A stretch of 36,760 nt of DNA, taken from positions 1 through 36,760 of the forward strand of contig JANNRO010000297.1 of NCBI GenBank assembly GCA_031401505.1, read 5' to 3'. Positions 1 to 9,100 of this stretch are shown here, in pieces. Numbering within the stretch: the first letter of the stretch is position 1; every line of letters begins with the position of its first letter. The translations under genes and the position numbers were made by a program. The DNA is from Planctomycetia bacterium (GTDB lineage Bacteria > Planctomycetota > PLA2 > JAEUHO01). Under the pieces are notes generated by a model that saw only the letters and a program-made list of their open reading frames with translations, searched no databases and was not told where the DNA came from.

Positions 1-762
1 CACCGCATCGCGCTTCGAAAGCGCGTTCGTCGACGACTTGACGAGCGCCGCCATCAGATGGGTGATCGCCGGATCGAGATCGCCGGCGGGGCGCTTGGAC
101 AACGCGATCTGCATCGCACCGTATCCGACGACGAAGTTCGCCCCTGCGCTCTTCGCGTCGAGTTGGAGCGCGATGCGCGAGAGCCCGATCGCTCGGCGTG
201 CGTTCGCGTCGAGTGACTTCACCGCCCGAAGCGTCAGCATGCGACCGGCGAACGTCGAGGCGACGCCCTCCGCCTTCGCGCGAAGCGCCTCGGGCGCCGC
301 GGTCACCAGCACGTGCTTTTCGGTGCCCATGACCCGCACGGACCAGCCCTTCGTCGTTCCTTCCGCCTTCAACGCGTCCATGAACGTCTGCGACGGCGCA
401 CCGAGGTCGACGTAGGCGTAGTGGACCTTGACCGCGTCGGGGCAGCTCACGCTGACCATCACGACCTCGAACTCGTCGGCCGTCGACACGCCCTTGTCTT
501 TCGCGATCGCGGTCACGGCGTCGGCGAGCACTTTCGCGTCGGGGCCGACAGCCTCGCCCTCGAGCAGCGTCCATCCCTCCGGTAGTCCCTCCTTCGCGAG
601 CGCCATCACGTGGCCGTTCACCTTGGCGCCGAGCGCCTCGGGGTCGCCGGTCATCGGATCGGAGAGTTCGTCCTCCGCGCGGACGATCGAGGGCGAGAAC
701 GCGAGGGGTACCGCAAGGACGGCGAGGGCGAGCAACCAGCGGCGGGGGAACGTCGACGACAT
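1..762 (-). CDS. Exported hypothetical protein (signal peptide); C-terminus runs off the left edge
   Basis: Not in the ORF track because it has no stop in the window. ATG at 762 is preceded by GGGAGG. Translation MSSTFPRRWLLALAVLAVPLAFSPSIVRA-EDELSDP... is a typical Sec signal peptide, and the frame stays open to base 1. Confidence 0.8.
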   Translation of the reverse strand, partial: MSSTFPRRWLLALAVLAVPLAFSPSIVRAEDELSDPMTGDPEALGAKVNGHVMALAKEGLPEGWTLLEGEAVGPDAKVLADAVTAIAKDKGVSTADEFEVVMVSVSCPDAVKVHYAYVDLGAPSQTFMDALKAEGTTKGWSVRVMGTEKHVLVTAAPEALRAKAEGVASTFAGRMLTLRAVKSLDANARRAIGLSRIALQLDAKSAGANFVVGYGAMQIALSKRPAGDLDPAITHLMAALVKSSTNALSKRDAV

Positions 763-846
763 GAGAGCCTCCCGGGAAACGAAGGGGCTACGGTACCCGG
801 TCGCCGAGCCTCGGACATTCGGGCGCCGGGAGATCGCCCCCCCGGA

Positions 847-972
847 TCAGCCCGCCGCCGTCTCGCCGCCGCAGCAGGGCTCGACGTTCAAGCCGCAATG
901 GCTGCACTGGACGTGTCCGTGTACCGCGACGGGACGCGACGGGTGCCCGCACCAGGGACAACGCGTCGTCAC
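847..972 (-). CDS. 41-aa Cys/His-rich putative zinc-binding micro-protein
   Basis: C-terminal part of ORF 847..2109: (GTG)TTRCPWCGHPSRPVAVHGHVQCSHCGLNVEPCCGGETAAG, with CxxC..HGH..CxxC..CC. Co-directional with its neighbours. No clear SD. Confidence 0.6.
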   Translation of the reverse strand: MTTRCPWCGHPSRPVAVHGHVQCSHCGLNVEPCCGGETAAG

Positions 973-1142
973 GGTGCACGCGCCACGCGAAACGGGCGGT
1001 TCATCGGTAGCCGGGTGGTCGTCCAAGTCGTCGAATGTGCCACGGGCCCCGCGTCCGTCAAAGCGTCTCGATGACTCGACGAACGGGGCGCGGGCCCCCG
1101 GGATCCTCCGCCCCCGGATGGAGGTCCGACCGAGGCACGACC

Positions 1143-2000
1143 TCACCGAGTCGGAGGGAAGACCCGCAGCGCGTTCGACGAGAGGAACTTCTCGATCACC
1201 TCGGACGCCAGTGGCAGCGCGCGAACGGCCGCCAGGTTCTTCGCGATCGACGGGATGCCGGGGCTCGGCCAGTCCGTTCCGAAGAATACGCGGTCCTGGA
1301 TCTCGTCGATCCGCGGGAACCACTCGAGCATCCGGTTCGGGGGAATCCCCGACAGATCGAGATGAAACCGCGGGAACCGGCGCAGCAGGAAGAACGCCTG
1401 CTCGGTCCAGAACGGGCGCCCCCCGTGCGCGATGATCACGTCGAGTTCGGGGAAGTCGATGCCGACGTCTTCGAGTTGCAACGGGTCGCCATGTTTCGTG
1501 CGCGCGCCCCGGAAGATGCTGGTGCCGGTGTGGAACATCACGGGAATTCGCCGCGCGCTCGCGACCGCGTAGAGGTCGGCGAGCGCCGGATATCGATCGA
1601 GATACGCATTGGGCGACACGAGCATGTGTGGCCCGTGAATCTTGAACAGCCGTGCGCCGCCGTCCGCCAGCCGCTCGGCGCGCCCCCTGACGTCGGACTC
1701 GAAACGCGGATTGATGCCGACGCAGGGCAGCAACCGTTCTCGGTGGGCCGCCGTATAGCGAAGCACCCAGTCGTTGGTCTCCGACGTGAATCCCATGATG
1801 TCGGGCGACTCGTAGTTGATCAGCACCATCCGCCCGACGCCTTGGCGGTCCATATGGGCGAGCAGCGCGATCGGGTCGGCAAAGCAGCGCTCGATCTCGG
1901 CCAGATCGTCGCGCCCCTTGCGCATGGCCGCGAGCACCGGCGGACGGATCATCTCCCAGGGTTGGACATGGACATGAACGTCGGTGACGGGCCCGCTCAC
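1143..2000 (-). CDS. Amidohydrolase_2 family metal-dependent hydrolase
   Basis: Motifs DVHVH, FKIHG, FHTG, IIAHGG and FFGTDWP. GTG at 2000 lies 5 nt after the upstream gene's stop. Confidence 0.9.
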   Translation of the reverse strand: MSGPVTDVHVHVQPWEMIRPPVLAAMRKGRDDLAEIERCFADPIALLAHMDRQGVGRMVLINYESPDIMGFTSETNDWVLRYTAAHRERLLPCVGINPRFESDVRGRAERLADGGARLFKIHGPHMLVSPNAYLDRYPALADLYAVASARRIPVMFHTGTSIFRGARTKHGDPLQLEDVGIDFPELDVIIAHGGRPFWTEQAFFLLRRFPRFHLDLSGIPPNRMLEWFPRIDEIQDRVFFGTDWPSPGIPSIAKNLAAVRALPLASEVIEKFLSSNALRVFPPTR

Positions 2001-2005
2001 GGTCG

Positions 2006-2869
2006 CTACGCCTTCGCGGGCCAGTCGTAGAAGCCCTTGCCCGATTTCTGGCCGAGCTTCCCCTCCGCGACCATCCGCTTGAGGAGCGCGGGCGGCGTGA
2101 ACCGGCCACCGGGGAAACACTGGTCGAGGTAGGTGGCGATGCCGAGGCGCACGTCGAGGCCGACGAGATCGGTCGTGCGGAGCGGCCCCATCGCGTGGGC
2201 GTAGCCCTTCTCCATCGCCGTGTCGATGTCGGCTGCCGAAGCGACGCCCTCCTCGACCATGCGCATCGCTTCGAGCCCCAACGCGATGCCGAGCCGACTG
2301 GTCGCGAAGCCCGGCGAGTCGCGCACGACGATCACGTCCTTGCCCAGCTTGCGCCCGACGGCGATCGCCGCGTCGAGAACCTCCGGAGCGGTCTCGTCGG
2401 TCCGCACGATCTCGAGCAACGGCTTCAAGTGGACGGGATTGAAGAAATGCATGCCGACGACGCGCGTCGCGCGCCCGGACGCTTCGGCAATCTCGGCGAT
2501 CGAAAGCGACGAGGTGTTGGACGCGAGAATCGCGTGCTTGGGCGCCGTCGCCGTCACGTCGGCGAAGATCCTGCGCTTCAAGTCCATCCGCTCCGGCGCC
2601 GCCTCGACGACGAGATCGGCGAGCGCCGCCGCCAATTTCAGATCGTGCGCGCCCGCGAGGCGCCCGAGGGCTGCGTCACGCTCCGCAGGGGTCACCTTCC
2701 CGCGCTCGACGCCCTTCTCGAGGTTGGACTTGACGCGCGCGAGTCCGGCCGCGATCGACTTCGCGTCCACGTCGTAGAGATGGACCGAGTATCCGGATTG
2801 GGCCGCTACCTGGGCGATGCCGTGGCCCATCGTGCCGGCGCCGACGACGAGAATGGTGCGGACTTCCAT
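2006..2869 (-). CDS. 3-hydroxyacyl-CoA (3-hydroxybutyryl-CoA) dehydrogenase
   Basis: Rossmann VVGAGTMGHGIAQ, EAAPERMDLK, ASNTSSLSI, GMHFFNP and MGPL..DLVGLD motifs. GGAG SD. Confidence 0.95.
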   Translation of the reverse strand: MEVRTILVVGAGTMGHGIAQVAAQSGYSVHLYDVDAKSIAAGLARVKSNLEKGVERGKVTPAERDAALGRLAGAHDLKLAAALADLVVEAAPERMDLKRRIFADVTATAPKHAILASNTSSLSIAEIAEASGRATRVVGMHFFNPVHLKPLLEIVRTDETAPEVLDAAIAVGRKLGKDVIVVRDSPGFATSRLGIALGLEAMRMVEEGVASAADIDTAMEKGYAHAMGPLRTTDLVGLDVRLGIATYLDQCFPGGRFTPPALLKRMVAEGKLGQKSGKGFYDWPAKA

Positions 2870-2952
2870 GCGGGCTCCAGAGGTGTCGCGGACGGCGGCG
2901 GAGACTACACGCCGGACCGCGGCGCGACCCGGCGCGGGCGTACACTCCGAGA

Positions 2953-3372
2953 ATGCCGTTCGAATGCGACATCCCCGTCCGTTTCGGGCACGTGGACCAG
3001 GCCCGGATCGTCTACTACCCGTGGTTCTTCCACTTCTGTCATGAGGCCATGGAGCGGATGTTCGAAACCGTCGCGGGCGTCTCTTACGCCGACGTGTTCG
3101 CCAAGGAGAGGCTCGGATTCCCCGCCGTCCACATCGAAACCGATTTCCATGAAAAGGTCGGCTACGGCGAAACGCTTCGCATGCGCGTCGCCGTCGAGAA
3201 GGTGGGGCGTACCAGCGTCACGTTCCGCTTCGAGGGACGGCGAGCGTCCGACGGCGTGCTCGCGTTCCGCGCATCCACGACGACGGTCTGTTGCGACATG
3301 AATCGCTTCGAGCCCGTGCCGATACCCGAGAAGTACCGCCAGGCGTTCGCGACGATCGCGACGTCGAGCTGA
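2953..3372 (+). CDS. Acyl-CoA thioesterase, 4-hydroxybenzoyl-CoA/YbgC hotdog family
   Basis: VRFGHVDQARIVYYPWFF motif and VGRTSVTF strand; 139 aa. Confidence 0.9.
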   Translation: MPFECDIPVRFGHVDQARIVYYPWFFHFCHEAMERMFETVAGVSYADVFAKERLGFPAVHIETDFHEKVGYGETLRMRVAVEKVGRTSVTFRFEGRRASDGVLAFRASTTTVCCDMNRFEPVPIPEKYRQAFATIATSS

Positions 3373-3430
3373 GAGCCAGGGCCCGCTGACGAGCGGGGAA
3401 CGACCGGCGTCGGACGTCGGTCCCGTCCGC

Positions 3431-3847
3431 CTACCGGTAACACCCGCCGCGGTAGCCGTACCCACGGTAGCGCGGGCCGTAGTAGCCGCGGTACCCGTAG
3501 TAGTACGGACCCGGTTCGTAGACCACGTACGGCGGCGGGGCCGCATAGACGACTCCGGGCGGCGGAGCGGCGTAGACGACACCTTGGGGAGGGGGCGGCG
3601 GGGGACGGGGGCCGTAGCACCGGGCCTCCTGGTCCTGCGCGATGCCATCTCCGGCGATCGTGCCCGCCACGAGTCCGAGCGCCGCGCCGGCAAAGGCACC
3701 CTGGCAGCCACCGGCCGCCCCGCCGATGAGGGCTCCGGCCGCCGTCCCGCCCAACGTGCCGGCCGCCCGCGTGTGACCGGGGCCGGCTGCACATCCGCAC
3801 GCGAGCAGGGCTCCGAGGGAAAGCGTGGCGATCGCGAGGCTCTTCAT
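3431..3847 (-). CDS. Glycine-zipper (putative lipo)protein with Pro-rich and Tyr/Gly/Arg-rich tail
   Basis: MKSLAIATLSLGALLACGC is a signal peptide with a lipobox-like end. GTLGGTAAGALIGGAAGG..GAFAGAALGLVAG is a glycine zipper. GVVYAAPPP occurs twice. Confidence 0.8.
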   Translation of the reverse strand: MKSLAIATLSLGALLACGCAAGPGHTRAAGTLGGTAAGALIGGAAGGCQGAFAGAALGLVAGTIAGDGIAQDQEARCYGPRPPPPPPQGVVYAAPPPGVVYAAPPPYVVYEPGPYYYGYRGYYGPRYRGYGYRGGCYR

Positions 3848-4071
3848 CACGTGGCTCCGATGGGGCCGCATCCCGGCACCGGCCCCGATCGTACGCTCGA
3901 TGGGAGGCTTCGTTGGATCACGGCGGTCGTGGCGTCCCCCCCGACATGGATCGGCTCGCGCAGGCCGTGATCGCACGTTCGCCACGGCCCAGCGAGCGCG
4001 ATTCATGGGGAGCCCGCGGATACCATGCCCGTCGTTGGGCGAGAGGTGCGACGTTCCTCTCCCCGGCAATC

Positions 4072-5070
4072 ATGTCGCGCCCCGCCGCCTCCCCTCCGAT
4101 CGCCGCCGCCCTTTCCGCGGGGGATGTCGCCCACCTCTCGGCGGCGCTCGACGCGGCGCGTGGAAAGGGATTGGCCTTCGGACGCACGCTGGCCTCGTTC
4201 GAAGCCGACGTCGCGCGACTCGCCGCCAGACACTTCGGCGGACTGGCGCTCGAGCCGACGGCGGAGCGCGTCTCGACGTACGTGGCGAGCGCCGCGCTCG
4301 AAGATCTCGTGCTCGCGTGCGCATGCGAAGCGGGTGACGCGGGCGCGTGGGCGGCGTTTGACCAGCTGTACCGGGATCGACTGATCGGCTATGCGGTGCG
4401 CCGCGGGATCTCGGGCGCCGACGGCGACGCCGTCGTATCCGACGTCATCGGAGACCTGTTCGCGCCCCCCACCCGCGGCGGCGCACGGTCGGTCCTCGGG
4501 ACGTACGACGGTTCGGGGAGCCTTTTCGGCTGGCTCGCGATCGTCGTCCTGCGCCGCATCGCCGGCGCGGCGCGCAGCAGGAAGCCGCAGTCGCTCGACG
4601 CCATCGAGGACACGGGCTCGGCCGAGCAAGCAACTCCCCGCGTGGGAATCGCGACTCAGCCCCCGCCCGACGACGCCCTCCACCAGGTCGAAGCCACGAC
4701 CCGGTTCGCCGAGGCGTTCGCGGACGCGTGGGCGGCACTCTCGGCCCAGGAGCGCCTGGCCTTGGTCGTCAAGCACCGGGACGGGCACACCCAGCGAAGG
4801 GCGGGCGAACTCCTGGGGGTCGGGGAGGCTCGCGCGAGCCGCATCGTCGCGGCCGGCGTCGCGAAACTCGTCGAAGCGCTCGAGGCGCGTGGATTTCCTC
4901 GGGACACCGATGCAGACCCGGCCCTCCTCCGCTCGCTCGCGACCGAGATCGGACGTCGCCTGGCAAGTTTCGGACCCGTGGAGCATCCGAAGGGTGTTGG
5001 GTCGGCGGGGCGCAGCCCCCCCGATGGTGGTCCCGGGACGTCGGTCCCTGGCCGAGTGAGGCACTCATGA
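4072..5070 (+). CDS. ECF-type RNA polymerase sigma-70 factor with N- and C-terminal extensions
   Basis: Region 2 DLVLACACEAGDAGAWAAFDQLYRDRL ... YDGSGSLFGWLAIVVLR. Region 4 LSAQERLALVVKHRDGHTQRRAGELLGVGEARASR. Start placed at ATG 4072. Confidence 0.88.
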   Translation: MSRPAASPPIAAALSAGDVAHLSAALDAARGKGLAFGRTLASFEADVARLAARHFGGLALEPTAERVSTYVASAALEDLVLACACEAGDAGAWAAFDQLYRDRLIGYAVRRGISGADGDAVVSDVIGDLFAPPTRGGARSVLGTYDGSGSLFGWLAIVVLRRIAGAARSRKPQSLDAIEDTGSAEQATPRVGIATQPPPDDALHQVEATTRFAEAFADAWAALSAQERLALVVKHRDGHTQRRAGELLGVGEARASRIVAAGVAKLVEALEARGFPRDTDADPALLRSLATEIGRRLASFGPVEHPKGVGSAGRSPPDGGPGTSVPGRVRHS

Positions 5071-6104
5071 CGGTTTCTTCGAACGACGAGACGGCCAGCG
5101 CAATTCTTCGCTCGGCAGGCGCCCTCGATCGGCCCGTACCGGTCAGCGACACGCTGCTCGCGGCCTGGGCCGAGGGGCGGCTCGACCCCGAACGGGCGGC
5201 GCTCGTCGAGGCCCTTCTCGCGGCCGACGACGTAGCCCGCGGCGTTGCGCTCGCGCTGCGCGAGGAAGTCCTCGAGTCACGGCGGGGGGCCACGAGTGCC
5301 GAGCCCCGGTCCGACTCGCGCTCGTCGGATTCGGACGGGCGCGCGGGACCGGAGTCGGACGCGCTCCCTTCGCTCGCCGCTGCTCGGGCGCGTCGATCGA
5401 CGTGGGTGCCGTTCGCGGCAGCGGCGGCCGCGCTCCTGGCGCTGGGCGCCAGTTTCCTCGCATCGAAGTCGACGACCCCGACGGCCCTCGGCTCCGACGC
5501 GCGCCTCGTCGCCGCGGCCGATGACCTCTTGCGCGCGGAGCCCGAACTCTTCCGCGACTTCCGCCCCGTCGGTAGAGCCGAACGCCGGGAAACGGTCGGC
5601 GATACGACGCGCTCCGGGCTTTCCATTCTGGAACCCGTCGGACACGTGGTCTCCGCGCGTCCGGCGTTGCGATGGGCGTCGGCGAACGGCGCGAAGTCGT
5701 TCGACGTCGTCGTGGCCGACTCCGAAGGCGTCGTCGTTTGGCGAACGACGACGGAGCGTTCGAGCATCCCGACCGAGAGTCTCCCTCATCTCGAGCAGGG
5801 GCGCGCCTACGTGATCGAAGTGAACGCGACGGGGCCGTTCGGGCGCACGACCGCGAGCCGGCCGTTCGACGTCGCGAGCGCGGCCGCGGCGGACTCGCTC
5901 TCGAAAGCGAAGTCGGCGCTGCTTCGCGCGCAAGGCGACGACTTCGGTGACCTTGCATTTGCGCACCTGGCGGCCCGTCGCGGGTTCCTGACACAGGCCG
6001 TCGACGCCGTCGGGGCCTACCTCGCAAGACATGCGAAGGACGCCGACGCACGCGATTTCGACGACTACCTGCGTCGCCGACTCGGCTGGCCCGAGAGCCG
6101 ATGA
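5067..6104 (+). CDS. Putative membrane-anchored anti-sigma factor with extracytoplasmic beta-sandwich plus helical domain (DUF928-like)
   Basis: ATGA overlap with the sigma stop. ASD-like LLAAWAEGRLDPERAALVEALLAAD, one TM segment (WVPFAAAAAALLALGASFLA), then PVGHVVSARPALRW..LEQGRAYVIEV and a helical tail. Confidence 0.78.
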   Translation: MTVSSNDETASAILRSAGALDRPVPVSDTLLAAWAEGRLDPERAALVEALLAADDVARGVALALREEVLESRRGATSAEPRSDSRSSDSDGRAGPESDALPSLAAARARRSTWVPFAAAAAALLALGASFLASKSTTPTALGSDARLVAAADDLLRAEPELFRDFRPVGRAERRETVGDTTRSGLSILEPVGHVVSARPALRWASANGAKSFDVVVADSEGVVVWRTTTERSSIPTESLPHLEQGRAYVIEVNATGPFGRTTASRPFDVASAAAADSLSKAKSALLRAQGDDFGDLAFAHLAARRGFLTQAVDAVGAYLARHAKDADARDFDDYLRRRLGWPESR

Positions 6105-9100
6105 CCCGCCGCATCGGACGGGTGCTCGCGCTCACGGTTGCACTCGTCGCCGGGAGCGCGAACGCATTCGGGGGCGCGCCGATCGATCTCGACGCGATCG
6201 CGCGGGACGTGATCGCCGCGACGGCCAGGGGAGACGCCGTCGCCATCGCAAGGGCCGCTACGGCGAGGGTCCCCGATCCGTTCCTCGTGATCGGCGAACT
6301 GCGCCGCGCGACGTTGGAGGCGACGGGACCCGAGTCGGACGCCGCCATGGCCGCGATCGACGCCTTCTCGGCCGCCGCGGCGAACGGGCCGTGCGGACCG
6401 GGGCTCGCGCGGCTCCGGGATCGTTGGCGACGTGCGACCGACGCCGAGCGCACGGCCGAATTGAGCCGAAGCCGCTTGCGCGACACCGTGCGCGCGACGG
6501 GCAAATCGGGGCGTGCGGCCGACGTGCTCGCCGTCATCGACGCGGCGCGCACCGAGTTGACCGATCGATCCGACTACTGGGTGCTTCGCATCCGCGGCCT
6601 CGAGGCCATGTCCCTGACGTCGCTCGGCCGCTCGCCGCTCGACGAGACGACGTGGCGCGAAGTCGCGGTCGGCGCGCTCGCGATCGGATGGCGGGAACTC
6701 GCCGGCCGGGCGTACACCGAATCGGCGATGCTCGCGTCGGAGCGCATGGACGACACCGTGGCGGCGGTCGATCGAGGGCTCGCGGCGGACAGTTACGAGG
6801 CTGCGGGAGACACGGGCTCTGCCGCGGGCATTCGAGTGACCCTCGCGCGGAGTCTCGGCAAACTCGGTCGAATCGAGGACGCGACGGCCGCGCTCGCCCT
6901 CGCCGAACGCTCGGCCGATGCTCTCGACCCGGACGCGAAGGCCCACGCCCTGTGGGCGCGCGCCGTGATCGAACGCGCGACGGGGCACAAGTCCGAGGCA
7001 GCCGTGCTGCTCGAACGCGCGGTGGAGACGTTCGTTGCGCTCGGAGATCGAGAGACCGCCTCCCACGCGCTGGCCGAATTGTCTCGCGCGCTCCGCGAGG
7101 AAGGGCGCTCGGCGGACGCCTTCGCGGCGCTCGAAAGGGCCGTCTCGCTCGCGACGGGCACCGGAACGAATGCCGCGATCGGCCGCGCGCTCGCCCACTC
7201 CGAGTACTCGACCCTCCTCCTGACGCTGCGTCGCCTGGCCGAAGCGTTGACCCACGCCGACGCGGGCCTCGTGGCCGCGATCGAGTCGAACCGGACCCAT
7301 TTGATTCGGGTCGCCCGCGCGGACCGGGCCAACGTGCTCTCCGAGCTGGGTCGACTCGACGAGGCCCTCGAAGAGCAGACGGCCCTGCGCGCGGCGTGGA
7401 TCGCCGCCGGCAACGCGCGCGGCGCCGCGGCGGCACGTCTCAACGAATCGAGCACGCTGTGGCGGTTGAAGCGCCATGCGGAGGCCGAAGCCGCCGCCGT
7501 CGAGGCGCGCGACGAGGCGATCGCGGCGGGCGATCGCCGGCTCGAAGCGACGGCGCGCAGCGGCCACGGCCTGGTCGTCTATTCGCGAGGCGATCTGCCT
7601 GCCGCGCTCGAGATCCAACGCGGGGCGGTCGCCGCCTTCGACGCGCTCAATGATCGATCGAGGCCCGCGGCCTCGGCGAACCGGATCCTCGCGCGCCTGC
7701 TCGAACGCTCGGGCTCGTTCGTCGAGTCGCTCGACGCCGCGAGAAAGACGCTCTCGCTCCAGCGCTCGCTCGCCGAGGGCCTCGTCGAAGCCGACGGCGC
7801 GGGCGCACGCGCCGACGCGCGCGTCACGTGCGATCTCGGGGTCTTCACGTCGCTCGAACTCCTGCGCAAGTTTCCCGCCCGTGCGCCGCTCGCCGCGATC
7901 GCGGCGTTCGAGTTCGCCGAGGCCGGGCGCGCCCTGTCGCTGGCACAGGGCCTCGCCAATCCCTCGACGCTGCTCGCGGCCGCACTGCCGCCCGACGTCG
8001 CGAAGGCCGACGTCGAATCCCGGCGCACGCTCGCGCTCGCCCGACAGCATTTCGAATCGTCGTTGGGCCGCTCGCCCGACGACCCCGACGCGCGCGCCGC
8101 CGCCGGAGCGCTCGAGCGCGCATGGGCCCATCGCGACGACGTCGTCACGCGCGTTCAGCGAGCGGCGCACCGGGCGTCCTCGTTCGTGTCGCCGCCGCCG
8201 CCCGATCTCGAGGCGCTGAAAGCGAGCCTCGCGCCCGACACGGCCGTCGTGCTCTACCACCTGGGACTCGAGGCCGGCGCGGCGGTCGTGGTTCGCGCGA
8301 CCGGCGTCGACCTCGTCGACCTCGGACCGATCGACGAGTTGAAGCGGGCGGCGGACGCGTGGCTGCGCGTTGCCTCGGCCCCCGGCGGCGACGACGAGAA
8401 ACTCGGCCTCCTGCTCGCCGATCGCGTCGTCGCACCGCTGCGGGCGCGCATCGAAGGAGTCACGCATCTGGTCATCAGTCCCGACGACCTGCTCGCGTTC
8501 GTGCCGTTCGAGGCGCTGCCGCTGCGCGAGGGCGACGCCGTCCGGCGACTGATCGAATGGTTCGACGTCACCTACGTTCCTTCGGCGAGCGTCTGGAACG
8601 CACTCCGGCTCGAACGGATGACCGCTTCGGCCGCCATCCTGGCGATCGGCAATCCGGCGACCACCGGCGCCGTCGCGGGCGCCGAGCCCGGGTCCCGACG
8701 CGGGACCGGCCTCGCCGCATTGCCCGGTGGCGAGGAAGAGGCGAAAGCCGTCGCGCTGTACGCCCCGGTCGAGGCGCGATCGCTCCTGCTCGGCTCGGCG
8801 GCCACGCTGTCCGCCGTGACCACGGCCCTCGATGCACCCAAGGCCGCGTTCCGCGCGATCCACTTCGCGTGTCACGCGATCGTCGATCCGACGAGGCCTC
8901 GCGGAACCGGGCTCGTGCTCGCGGGCGGCGAACTCCTCGATGTGGACCGGATCGCGCGCTCTCGGTGGAGCGCCGACCTCGTCGTCGTCGCGGCGTGCGA
9001 ATCGGCTCGCGGCACGGTCTCACGCGGCGAGGGCGTGCTCGGGATTCCGCGCGCGCTGTTCCTCGCCGGCGTGCCGAGGGCGATCGTCTCGCAGTGGGTG

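Noticed and set aside
973-1142. Structured ncRNA or riboswitch in the intergenic gap
   Set aside because: Only imperfect GC-rich stems are present, with no recognisable riboswitch or tRNA consensus.
4961-4995. Possible internal ECF promoter (GCAAG-N16-CATCCG) at the 3' end of the sigma gene
   Set aside because: I found no second copy in the window to support a motif, so it cannot be distinguished from chance.
6065-8875. 936-aa antisense ORF and the many other long Arg/Ala/Pro-rich overlapping ORFs (e.g. 13486-15597, 24092-26350, 20896-22569)
   Set aside because: These are typical stop-poor shadow frames of high-GC DNA that overlap well-supported genes and carry no recognisable motifs.
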